A DNA stretch of 62,866 bases, filler included, from Basidiobolus meristosporus CBS 931.73 (taxonomy: Eukaryota; Fungi; Basidiobolomycota), in NCBI GenBank assembly GCA_002104905.1. It is 4 parts of 4 records of this genome, joined end to end, with 100 filler letters (N's around TTAATTAATTAA, not from the genome) between each part and the next. Parts side by side here need not be neighbours in the genome. Positions count along the whole stretch, not along the records: positions 1 to 21,776 come from MCFE01000986.1; positions 21,877 to 36,099 come from MCFE01001185.1; 2 more parts are not named here. One strand, 5' to 3'. A program made the translations under genes and the position numbers. Shown one piece after another: positions 14,101-24,478 of the stretch (positions are counted from its first letter, which is position 1; every line of letters starts with the position of its first letter). A model generated the notes under the pieces. It was not told where the DNA came from. It ran no database searches and saw only the letters and a list, made by a program, of their open reading frames with translations.

Positions 14101-15761
14101 TATATGCAGGCTTCACAGTGCTCCAAATTTGCTGGGGGATCAGTTTTCACTCCAGAAAATATTATAGTTCAGCTTTTTTTCTTTGTCAAACCCATGAGGT
14201 GCAGATCCTTTCACGTGATAAAAAGTTCTGATATCTCCACCGCTCTTGTTGGATATAAACAACCCTCAATGGTTGGGTCTTCCCTCCCCAATAAATTCAA
14301 CAATATATAACTCAACCATGTAACTGTTGCATGTGTTATTTTGCACGCAAAAATCAGAAGTATGCTTTCATTACCATATTAAACAGCATGTTTTTGTAAT
14401 AATACGGCATTAAAAACATTTCTATCTTTGAAAACCATATATTATTCCATGATACACCAATTCTTGATTTTGCATATTCCCAGTACTCAGGTAAGTATCC
14501 TGCACTTTCCCAATCTATTATTCCAACAATCTTGTTGCTCTCATCCAGTATTATATTTCTTGGTGTCAAATCCCCGGGCGTTAAATTAAATGTATGTGAT
14601 CCCCCAGATGAAAAAATATTTTTTATAAACTCTGCATAATAATTTTGTAAAGCTTGATTTACATTATTTATTATTTGTGTGTTCAAAGATGTTTTGTCTT
14701 TGTATGGCCCTATTTTGCCAAACATGATATTGTTGATTGGTTTATTATTAATTGTTCCTATATAACTACCTTTGATTTTTCTTAATTCTTCCACATACCC
14801 TTTTAATTCCAAACATATATTATTTATATCATCATTGCTTAATTTGTTGTTTGTCAACTTATTTTCTAACATCTCTCCTTTGATATATTCCATCACAATA
14901 TAATTTATTTTGTTTTTTGTATAAGATTCATATATTTTTGGTACTGGAATATTTGTATGTTCTTTTACATACTTAATTGTCTCTGCTTCTTCAAGACTAA
15001 CACCCTCCCCATATTTAATTATCTTCCTGTTGTTGATCTTAGCTGATCTTTGATCATTTTATGCAAATAATCAAAATTGATGTGTCCAAATCTCCCATGC
15101 CAAAGCATTGGTGTTTCTTCAATTAAGTTACTTATATTGGCTTCCAGATATGATGGAATATAAGTCAACTTGTATAGATTCTGATCTCTGATGCCTGAAG
15201 CCATATGAGCACCATTTTGATCAGTGATCCTGCATCCAGAATTGTCAAAACTGTAACTGAGTCCTTCTGCTGTGGCCTTGCTTACACAGAGTAGGTTTTT
15301 GGCTATTTCTGGCACATAGAGTACTTCTTTGAAGGTCAGTGTATGGCTTCCTTCACTGCTTCTAAGGTTTACTTGGATAGTTCTTTCTCCCACTGCATCA
15401 AGTGTTCTATTGTCACCCATGAAAACCTTCTGAATTGGAATTTCTTGATATTGGGTAAAAATTTCTTCTTGGTGTGTAAAGTGTTGAGATGCTCCAGAGT
15501 CAATATACCACATCTGAGAATCCTTGTTTGTGGTCATATTTAGTGCAGATATGAGTAGTCTATCTTCAGTTGTTGCAGCATTTCCATATTCAGGCTTCTT
15601 TTGCAGATTATCTTTCTTCTTGAGACACCGGTCTGATGTGTGTCCTTTCCTTTTGCAGCAGTTACAGAACAGGTTGCTGTTGCCTTTGTAGGGTCTTGGG
15701 TACCTCCTTTGTTGGTTATCATTGCTTATTAAAGCATTTTCTTCTTCCTTCTTATTGGCGC
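11161..15761 (-). mobile_element. Ty1/copia element copy 1 (3' LTR 11161-11508; 5' part lost beyond a nested gypsy insertion)
   Basis: LTR TGTTG...CAACA with adjacent PPT. RT/RNaseH in ORF 11549-13345 (QMDVKTAFL, LYVDDL, TKHIDIRHHF), integrase in 13342-13985, and CCHC plus protease DSGAS in 15019-15761. Frameshifted. Confidence 0.95.
14354..15036 (-). pseudogene. 5'-truncated APH/choline-kinase-like phosphotransferase, within an 880-bp insert (14159-15038) in copia copy 1
   Basis: The frame is open upstream of the listed ORF: KIIKYGEGVSLEEAETIKYVKEHTNIPVPKIY..YIVMEYIKG, followed by PGDLTPRNII and IVGIIDWESAGYLPEYWEY. The insert is absent from the copia copies at ~27480 and ~62030. Confidence 0.8.
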
Positions 15762-16871
15762 TGTGGTGGTGTATAAGTCCAAGGGAGAGATACGTCCAAC
15801 ACTTCTCAAGTGTTTTGTGTGTGGGGTGTTCACTGGGTGCGATAACCTCTGGCAAAAGCTTGCTACGAATACTTGGGTTCTGTCTCTAATCTAATGTGAA
15901 GGGGAATAAAGCCACAAGCTTGTCAAGGGAAAACTATTGAGCTACAATCCCCAACTTAGTTGGCGTCTTAACAAAAGTATGTGCTGGGTTCAGCGTCCTT
16001 TGAGATGACAATGTACTAAAGCTTCCAAAGTCAAAACAACTGTAAACTCCACCAGCAGGGACTTGATAAGAATGCAGCTTTGGTCAATAGTTACAAAGAC
16101 AGAAAAGTATCTTTGCCTGTACAAGAACAAACTTGGGAAAGAATCAAATATAATAAAAGATACCTACTCTGAGTATTCCTCACAAGTAGTGCCTCCAAGG
16201 TCAGTTGGCTGTCAGCGCGGTTTCCTGGGAGTGTCCTGTGGTCTAGGGTTGGAAGTTCAGGTAGCAGCAGGTAGCAGTGATCACACTAATCAACAAGTCG
16301 GTATATTGATAAAAGGGATGATGATTTATTGTTGAGGGATAGCCTCCCTTATATACTTTTCTCACTGGCTAAGTGATTACTAATCATAGTGTTCCAGAAG
16401 GTTCCGGAGTTCAATGGAAATCTTAATGACATCAGAATGACCTAAGAATGTTCTAAGTAGGTGCCGGAAGGTTCTAAGAGGCACAGCACATCCAACCAAT
16501 CAGGAATCAGTATTCTGAAATTTGTGTAACATGGGGATACCATATACGGTATGGAAATGATAGGGATGGTGACACGGGCTGATCATGTGTCACGGGTACT
16601 GGCGCGGGTACTTGCCTAATATAGAAGTACTTATAGCTAGTAATCTTACATAAAGTGAGGGGTAACTTATGCAATAAGGTAAGCAGGTGTGATAGTTAAC
16701 CGGCTTATGGGATAGTACTGATTGGGTAAGACAAATGGGATAAAACTAAAATAAGTGTAGTAGAGATATAGGGAAGTAGAAAATAAGGGAATGAGCACAT
16801 CTGTCAGTGGGTGTCATTGTCACCCCACTACATCCACCCCCCTCTCAGCTTTGAACTTGGGTCAAAGCAAA

Positions 16872-19800
16872 CTAATCTTGATGTGCAAAATTCCTATGCT
16901 TGAATAACTTAAGCCGGTTTCCAGCAACTGGTGCTCTCAACTGGGTGTTGTCAAGCTCAGATATGTAATAACTTCCATTTCCAATCACTTTGGAAATGAG
17001 GTAGGGGCCAGTCCATTTGTTGTCAAACTTCCGACTCCATTGTTTGTCCAAGGTAGAATTGTAGAGTAATACTGGGTCTCCTAGTGATAGTGGTTTTGGT
17101 CTTGTTCGGTGTGATTTGTCAAAGGGCACCTTGTTCTTTAGTCGTGTATCCTGAAGTTGTTCAGCAGCTCTGCTGATATTCAAGTCATGGTGATCAAGTT
17201 GCTGTATGCGAGTTGCAAGGAGGTCTTCAGTCTGCATATTGGATCTCCAATTCAATGAGTTCCAAGTGACTGTGTTTAGCTCAACTGGTAGTATGCAGTC
17301 ATGTCCATAGAGTAGTTTGAATGGTGATAATCCAGTTGTTCTCTTGGTAGTAATTCTATCTGCCCAGAGTGCAAGATGTAATTGCTGTGGCCACAGTGTT
17401 GTGTTATTCTCACAGGCCTTGACAAGAGAGTTCACCAATGGTCCATGTCCTCTCTCTATCATTCCATTGGCTTGAGGGTGGTAGGCGGTTGTAAAAGCAA
17501 TGTGTATCTTGTACTTTGAGCACAACTCCTGGATCATTTGGGATGTCATCTCTCCTCTGTCAGCAACAAACTGTCGGATGCAGCCAAATCTGCAGATGAT
17601 GTCTTCAAGTATAAATCTCCATATGGTATGGCTCTTGTTGTTGGGCAAGGCTCGAGCCTCTGCCCATCCACTAAGGTCATCTCTAGCAACAATCAGGTAC
17701 TTTTTTGATCCAGCTGTTGGCATGTGGACAAGGTCAATACCAACCTTTTGCCATAGACAGATTGTGTAAGTAGGATGCAGTGGTTCTTCATAACGCTTGG
17801 AGGATCTCTTCTGGCAGGCTACACATGACTCAACAAAGTGCTGGACATCATAGTACATGTTTTCCCAGTAGTACCTCTGAGCTGTGGTATTGTATGTGGC
17901 TTCTCGTCCTCTATGTCCTCCTGGTTCTCCTTGGTGGATACTTGTCATGATGTTCAGTTGCTCTTGAGGGGTGGTGACTACTCTTCTTGGCATAAGTCCA
18001 GGCTTCACTCGCTTAAAGAGAAGATCATCTTTAAGATAGTAGTGGTGTGCCTTCTTCCTGAGTTTTCTAAACTCCTGAATATCCATCCAACTAGGTTTCT
18101 TAAGTGTCCTTAGATATTCCTTGATCAGACTCCAGGTAGTTCTCTCTTGGTCTTTGATGGCAATCTGTTGGATCTCTGCATCAATAATATCGTCAAAGTG
18201 AGGGTCCAAGTCTTCAAATAATTGTGGTCCCTTCCTGGAGAGTGCATCAGCCACAACATTTGTCTTGCCAGGGATATGTTTGACCTCAAAGTCAAACATT
18301 TTCAGCCATGCCATCCATTGGTTTGTGGCATCATCAGGTAGGTCAGGCTTGTTGATCATTCCTCTAAGTGGCTTGGCATCTGTCTCCAGGATAAAATGTG
18401 TCATGTAGAGTTGTGACTTCAGTTTCCTCAGCATCTTCACAACTCCTAGTAGTTCTCTCTTAATCTGTGAGTATCTTTGTTCTCTAGGAGAGAATAGGCA
18501 GCTCTCATATCTGCAGGCATAGCGGTTGCCATCTTCATCATCTTGTCCAAGTAGTGCTCCAGCTCCTATGGGGCTTGCATCCACTGTCAAAATAGGTGGG
18601 CATTCAGTGTTTTGATAGTCAAGAGGTCTTAGAACTGGTGGAGATACTAAGGCCTCTTTCAGTAATTGCATGGCTTCTTCTTGCTCTTCTCCCCAGATAA
18701 ATGGGGTATTCTTTCTCTGTAGTCGGTAGATTGGTTCTGCTATCTCAGAAAATCTTGGGATCCAGATCCTAAAGAACCCACAAGCTGCCACAAAGCCACG
18801 AGCTTGTGTTAGATTTGTGGGGGTAGGCCAGTTGCATATCTTTTGTGTCTTGGAGTCTCCAGGTGAGCGACCAAAGGTGTTGCATTTTTGTCCAACAATG
18901 GATATCTCTGATACACCAAAGCTGCTTTTCTCACCACTGATGGTGAGTCCAGCTTCTTCAATGGCTCCTAGTATGGCATCATTGTCTGCAATATGGTCAT
19001 AGACAAACTTTCTTACTCCAGGCATAACTTCAGTGGTGTCCCGGAATTTTGATCCTTTGATGCCTATGTCATCCACAAAGACAGCAAGTTTCTCAGGTAT
19101 AAACTGGTATAGCACATTCACCATGCATCTCTGGAACTGAGCCACGGAGTTTGTAGCCCCTTGGCTGAGTCTTGTCATCCTTAATAGTCCAAATGGTGTC
19201 TGTAGTGCAAACATATCTCTTGATGTCTCATCAAGGGGAATCTGGTCATATCCTGAGTAGAGATCGTATGTTGAGTAGATGGAGTGGCCACTAAAGCTTT
19301 CTGCAAAGTCATCAATAGATGGAGGTATAGCAGCATCTCTGATAGTGACAGCATTTGCAGGTTGCATGCCTTGAATGAATTGGAGCTTTCCATTCTTCTT
19401 TTTGGTTACAAACCATCTGTTAGCATAGGGCCCATGGCAAGGTTCTAGGATACCAGCTTCTATCTTCTTCTTAAGTAGGTCATGCACATCAGCTTGGAGT
19501 CCTCTGGGCAGTGGGTAAGGCTTAAATGACCAGGGTGTGTGGGGCACTGTATGAATCTTGATGGGTTTTTCAACCGATGTCTTTAAGAGTCCCATCTCCT
19601 TGTCATTATATGAGAAGACCTTATCATGCCTTTTCAAGGTCTCCTTGAATAATAGTATCTCCTCTGGTGTTAGGTTTCCATCACCAATGATAAGTTGCTT
19701 AAGTCTCTCAGGTGTAAGTCGTATATCATCTGATGTTTCTTCTGGTGGTCTAATGTAATCAGCAGGTCGAGATCCATCAGTCAGTGGGGTAAGTGATGGT

Positions 19801-21344
19801 CTAATCTTCTGCTCTACTGTCTTGTATTTTGTTTGGACCATAGCTGTTTGCTCCTGTATACCTAATGAGCAGCTCCAAATGTTGGGGTGTATATTGTCAG
19901 GCTCCTCATCTTCTTCCATAATAAGATGTGTCTTCTGGCAAGCAGTATGTGTCCTCTTATTGTTGGGTGTTACACCACAGAAGGTTGACTGTAGTCCTGG
20001 GTTGGATCCTTGTATGGTGTACCATACTGACCCATCGGAATAGTTGGTAGTTGTAGCCTTAGTACTGGTTTCCCATGGTCTACCTAGCAGTAGGTCAAAG
20101 TTTGCCTTCTGGCAGATGAAGAGGGGAAGCCAGACCTTGATTCCTTGTACCTCAATAGGAAACTTGTGTACTACACCATAGAGTGGACTAGATCCTGAGC
20201 TTGCATCGGTCATGTTCCATCCAATATCTCTATCAACAGGCAGTAGCTCCTTGCTTTTAAGTGTCTTCCAGAAGTCTAGCGGCATAACACAAATCTCTGA
20301 GCCACTGTCAATATGGCAGTCAACAGGGTCATCATATATATACCCTTTCACCACAGCAGTTGCAACTGAGTAGAAGGTCTTATATTCAGTAGTGTTGTCA
20401 TCCTTTTGGTGGTCTTCATGGTTTGTCTGAATTATATGAGTGTCCATATGTTCAACAGCTTGTCGTCTTGTTCTAAGCTGCTCATCAAAGGTCTTCCTAA
20501 CAGATGGGGATACACTCATGATTTCTCCAACCAACAAAGTGAGGTTCTGCTTCAGCAGCTTCTCAGTAATCAGTTGAGGGCTTGAGTAGCTTGCTATCTC
20601 TGAGGTCATCTGAAAGTGAGGCAATGGATCTTGGGTGGGCAGCATACTAGGCCTCTTGTCAATAACAACTTCAGGTTCTTCAAATCGTGGTCTTCTAAGG
20701 ATGGGTTTGGCAGGTTCTTCAGGGAGGTGTCTTTTGGTAGCAAAGGCATCAACTTCATATTGTCTGTTGTCAGAGCTGCTTGGACTCACTTTATGAGTCC
20801 CAATAGGGGTATCAACAGTAATCTTTCTGGTTGCTGAGTCAGATTTCTGGAAAAGGGCTCTCATCCCTCCTCTTTGGAAATTAGTGGGAATCCTTCTTCC
20901 TTCCTTGTCAGCAAGCATTCCATCAGCATCAAACTGTACTGCTCCTTCTCTGAGTAGCTGACTAAGCTCTGAGCATTCTCGTCTGGCATGCTGAGTAGAG
21001 TCACACCAGATGCAGTGCCTGGGCAAAGGTCTTTGTCCCTCAGTAGGAACCTCAGCTGAGCGATTAATCTTGAGGGCTAGCTTTTGTAACTGTTCAGCAA
21101 GTTGGTCAATTCTGTCGGTAGTGTAGGTCTGATTGTCAGCAGCAGCACTCCTTGGCTCCTTGGTTGACTGGTCTGGCAGATTAGATGTCAGGAGTCTCAT
21201 AAAGGTAGAAGTTTGCTTTGCCTCTAGGAGAACACGTTTCATCTCTGCAAAGCAAGGAATGCCAGACTTGTCATCCTTGGCAGCATGTAAGTCAACTTTC
21301 CTTGCCAAGTCCTGGGGAAGCCCTTGTGCAAGGTAAAGTGTCAT
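16872..21344 (-). CDS. Ty3/gypsy (gag-)pol polyprotein, 1490 aa open frame
   Basis: CIWCDSTQHARREC knuckle, protease IDSGSE, RT YDLYSGYDQI and FVDDI, RNaseH TVDAS, integrase HHCC with GIDLV/DRGE/ERGHG, and C-terminal GPY. Confidence 0.92.
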   Translation of the reverse strand: MTLYLAQGLPQDLARKVDLHAAKDDKSGIPCFAEMKRVLLEAKQTSTFMRLLTSNLPDQSTKEPRSAAADNQTYTTDRIDQLAEQLQKLALKINRSAEVPTEGQRPLPRHCIWCDSTQHARRECSELSQLLREGAVQFDADGMLADKEGRRIPTNFQRGGMRALFQKSDSATRKITVDTPIGTHKVSPSSSDNRQYEVDAFATKRHLPEEPAKPILRRPRFEEPEVVIDKRPSMLPTQDPLPHFQMTSEIASYSSPQLITEKLLKQNLTLLVGEIMSVSPSVRKTFDEQLRTRRQAVEHMDTHIIQTNHEDHQKDDNTTEYKTFYSVATAVVKGYIYDDPVDCHIDSGSEICVMPLDFWKTLKSKELLPVDRDIGWNMTDASSGSSPLYGVVHKFPIEVQGIKVWLPLFICQKANFDLLLGRPWETSTKATTTNYSDGSVWYTIQGSNPGLQSTFCGVTPNNKRTHTACQKTHLIMEEDEEPDNIHPNIWSCSLGIQEQTAMVQTKYKTVEQKIRPSLTPLTDGSRPADYIRPPEETSDDIRLTPERLKQLIIGDGNLTPEEILLFKETLKRHDKVFSYNDKEMGLLKTSVEKPIKIHTVPHTPWSFKPYPLPRGLQADVHDLLKKKIEAGILEPCHGPYANRWFVTKKKNGKLQFIQGMQPANAVTIRDAAIPPSIDDFAESFSGHSIYSTYDLYSGYDQIPLDETSRDMFALQTPFGLLRMTRLSQGATNSVAQFQRCMVNVLYQFIPEKLAVFVDDIGIKGSKFRDTTEVMPGVRKFVYDHIADNDAILGAIEEAGLTISGEKSSFGVSEISIVGQKCNTFGRSPGDSKTQKICNWPTPTNLTQARGFVAACGFFRIWIPRFSEIAEPIYRLQRKNTPFIWGEEQEEAMQLLKEALVSPPVLRPLDYQNTECPPILTVDASPIGAGALLGQDDEDGNRYACRYESCLFSPREQRYSQIKRELLGVVKMLRKLKSQLYMTHFILETDAKPLRGMINKPDLPDDATNQWMAWLKMFDFEVKHIPGKTNVVADALSRKGPQLFEDLDPHFDDIIDAEIQQIAIKDQERTTWSLIKEYLRTLKKPSWMDIQEFRKLRKKAHHYYLKDDLLFKRVKPGLMPRRVVTTPQEQLNIMTSIHQGEPGGHRGREATYNTTAQRYYWENMYYDVQHFVESCVACQKRSSKRYEEPLHPTYTICLWQKVGIDLVHMPTAGSKKYLIVARDDLSGWAEARALPNNKSHTIWRFILEDIICRFGCIRQFVADRGEMTSQMIQELCSKYKIHIAFTTAYHPQANGMIERGHGPLVNSLVKACENNTTLWPQQLHLALWADRITTKRTTGLSPFKLLYGHDCILPVELNTVTWNSLNWRSNMQTEDLLATRIQQLDHHDLNISRAAEQLQDTRLKNKVPFDKSHRTRPKPLSLGDPVLLYNSTLDKQWSRKFDNKWTGPYLISKVIGNGSYYISELDNTQLRAPVAGNRLKLFKHRNFAHQD

Positions 21345-21370
21345 GGTAAACTCAGTTATAGCCTGGGACT

Positions 21371-21724
21371 CTAGGAGTGGCTTGGCATATCTTCATACTG
21401 TTGAATGAACTCTTCAAGTGGTAGCTTGGAAAGTCCAGTTCTTCCAAAGTGCCTGAGATCTTCAATTCCATAGTATATCTGGGGTCTACCATACTCGGTC
21501 TGTAGGTAGGTCTTCATTAAGGCCCAGTCAGTGAGAATGTCTCCTTGTCTGAGAAGCTTAGTGGTAATATCATCGGTGCAGTAGTAGGGGAAGTCTTCAG
21601 CCATTTCTTGTTCAGATAGGCTGCACATCTTGCAGAGCTTCTCCCATTTGAATATGAAGCTTTCCACATTCTTTCCATCAAACTGTGGGGCTCCATGTGA
21701 GAGTGGTAATGGCATAGAGTTCAT
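21371..21724 (-). CDS. Ty3/gypsy gag N-terminal part (separate frame from pol)
   Basis: APQFDGKNVESFIFKWE is a typical fungal gypsy gag start; lies directly upstream of pol. Confidence 0.7.
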   Translation of the reverse strand: MNSMPLPLSHGAPQFDGKNVESFIFKWEKLCKMCSLSEQEMAEDFPYYCTDDITTKLLRQGDILTDWALMKTYLQTEYGRPQIYYGIEDLRHFGRTGLSKLPLEEFIQQYEDMPSHS

Positions 21725-21776
21725 TTTGGGCAGGTAGGTTGGTGTTGTAAGTCTTGGTAATATCGGTAGTCTCTTT

Positions 21777-21876
21777 NNNNNNNNNNNNNNNNNNNNNNNN
21801 NNNNNNNNNNNNNNNNNNNNTTAATTAATTAANNNNNNNNNNNNNNNNNNNNNNNNNNNNNNNNNNNNNNNNNNNN
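21777..21876. other. Artificial contig linker (N44-TTAATTAATTAA-N44)
   Basis: The identical 100-nt construct occurs three times; the 12-mer has stops in all six frames. Confidence 0.97.
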
Positions 21877-23744
21877 TATCAGCAACTTGCTTAGCATGCT
21901 GATGACTCAAATACGGACTGCTTGGGTGTTTACCTTGCCCCACCGCGTGCACACATGGCCAAGAAACGTCAATACGGAAATTCACTCTGGCTAAACATGT
22001 GGGTTGAACAAGCCTTATGACAGCATCAGGCTCTTTATTTAATTATCCAAGAGTGATATGTTGCTTATCCCATCACGCGTTTCTCCAAACGGTGACTACC
22101 TTGCTGGCAATCATCGCCGACCGTGAGCTACCGACAGGCATGTCCCAGATACTCTCGAAAGTGTGGTATGGTCCTGCTGAGCTGTTGTTGCTCCAGGAGA
22201 AGTTTCTTCCTTCGTAGTCTTCATTTCCTTCGTCTGAGTCCTTCACCCGATTGTAGAGCCAGTTTGCAAAAGACATGGTGTATTCTTGCCAATATCCAGG
22301 CGTTGGCTAATCTTTTTATACGTGGAAATTATCCTGGTCACACTTGCTTGTGCTACTATGTGTTGCTCTTTTGCTACTGCTGTGCCATGCCTCTGAAGCC
22401 ACCAAGCATAGCCCATCCAAAAGCCGTAATAGTTGTAGTTGCACTTCTAAATTATCACTGCCATCTATTTCAGGATCTAGCTGGTTCCAACCAAGATCCG
22501 CCCTAACAGTTTTTGTAGCAATATAGTTTAATCTAGCGTATTGCATATTCCGGATTGATGCTGGCAAGATAGATACTATATGTGGCTTAGACCTTATCAA
22601 AGTGCTATATTGGCTTGATGCTCATATTACGCTTCCGCTCACTTGCGAGAGATTCTGGCATATGATAATATGATTAGCTGGTTTGTTCAATCTGGTGTTG
22701 ATGATTAATCTGCCTAATAATTGTCAGCAACTATATATCACTACAAAAATCCCAACTCCAGAATTGTAATATTTCAGCCCAAGATATGATGGTATTCAGT
22801 TAATACACTGATACATTGTGAATCTTTTCACACGGCTGCGTTTTTGAGCTCTCATGGTTTTGAAAATAGTTACAATCTATGCGTAGATATCAAATACATA
22901 CCATGCATAGTAGGACCTGCCATGATGGATTATAACTAGCTCTTAAAGTGACTGTAACTGCCCTAGCACAAAATTCTCCTTTGAAGCAAGTTAATAAAGT
23001 TAAAGATAAGCTATATATAATAAGTCAGCTCTCAACATTGTCTTTCAGGGATATATACTGAAATGTTCTCTTGATTCCTAGAGTAAGTGATAATAGCTAC
23101 TTTATAAAATGCATAGTAAGCAGTCTTAAGGGTATTGCAGAGTGTGGTGCTGGTTTTTGGCGGGTTTTGGAGCTATTTGAAATGACCAGTGGGGACATTG
23201 CCTGTAGGGGGGAGAAAGTCACCAATTGGTGAAATCTTTATTTTGGTTGAAACAAAGTATCCAGTGCTACTGTTGTAGCCTTCATACAAGGATGGGTAGC
23301 TGAGGGGAATTGGTAGGTAAGTTAATAAGGAGAAATGATAGCTCTTCAGTGCTCAAGATACTGTTCAGTGGGCAGGGGTGTAGCAAGAGACATCAGAATA
23401 GTTTATGAACAAAACTAACAAGGGGAATATGATATGGATTGATACAGATCATAAAGTGAGTGTGCTACTTAAGATATTACTGCCAAAGGTCTGTCAAGTA
23501 TTTAGGTATGCCAACTTGGGTTTTTCTGACTACAGTATATATTGAGCAAACTACTTTAAATTAGAATCTCCAAGTATAGTTCTCCAGCAGGAGCCAGGTG
23601 TAGTGTGGTCAGTGCACTTTCAGACCTTGATCAGTGGGTTGTTGCAGTGGTGAAGGCTGAGATAGATTCTGGCTCTAAGGTAGAGAAGTTTCATCTTGTA
23701 GGGCATAAACCTAAAAGCATCAATAATAGCATATCTGTAGGGGC

Positions 23745-24441
23745 TGTTGTGCATCAACATTTAAAACTTAGCCAATTTTACTCCATTTGAAAATCTAGTA
23801 CCCTAACTGATTTTCCCTAACCAAAACATAACAAATCCCAGTTACAGTTTATTTTATCCCACCTCAGAATCTATCTTTAGCTATCACACCTGATCTATTT
23901 TCAAATGGTCACTGTATTATCAACCTATCTTCCAAGCCTTCCCAGGTGATTAGTCATCTGAGATCTATCCAACCACTGTGCAGTTGCCAAGACATCAGTT
24001 GATTGATGATGTAATTTTCATTTATCTTATGCACCTATGAGCACCCAAATCAATTTCAATCAATCCAGTCCCTTGGCACTTACTAATTCAACTTGATCAG
24101 AAAAGTATAAATAAAGTTTACTGAACATTTTGGTTTAGTGTGTGTCTCAACAAAATTAAGATTCTGTCTCAGCAAAAATAAGAATCCAACAATTCAGTTC
24201 TAGTTTCTATCCAAGCCTAGTATATCTAGCACTCCAAAGAACACCAAGCCTAGCCTGCCTAGCAAACAAATATCATTGTCTTTATAGCCAACCCAGCTTC
24301 ATCCAAGACCCATATTAGATCAGAATCTTTCTGCTAATATTTCTGCCACTCTCTGACAATTCTAAGATTCTGCACTTAATTGTCCCTTTGGTTCAGTTAA
24401 ACCATTTAAGAGTTTTATCACACTTTCTCTTGGATACAACA
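23745..24441. repeat. Solo LTR, family X (697 bp)
   Basis: TGTTG...CAACA termini, 5-bp target duplication GGGGC on both sides, and a second copy at 29494-30127. Confidence 0.8.
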
Positions 24442-24478
24442 GGGGCATTCAAGAAGATGATGTAATGCACCAAATGGA

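Larger units (their letters stand above)
15762..21776 (-). mobile_element. Ty3/gypsy LTR retrotransposon nested in the gag of copia copy 1; 5' end runs into the contig end
   Basis: 3' LTR 15762-16832 (minus strand TGTAGTGG...CCACCACA) preceded by the PPT GAGAGGGGGGTGGA. PR-RT-RH-IN domain order. The copia sequence stops at ...ggcgc 15761. Confidence 0.92.

Noticed and set aside
14354-14896. Functional antibiotic-resistance APH gene
   Set aside because: It is 5'-truncated with HGDL changed to PGDL; the GYLPEYWEY tail suggests the broad fungal APH-like family, and substrate cannot be inferred.
21821-21832. TTAATTAATTAA as a biological motif (also 36144-36155 and 51959-51970)
   Set aside because: Identical, centred in fixed-length N runs, with stops in six frames: an assembly spacer.
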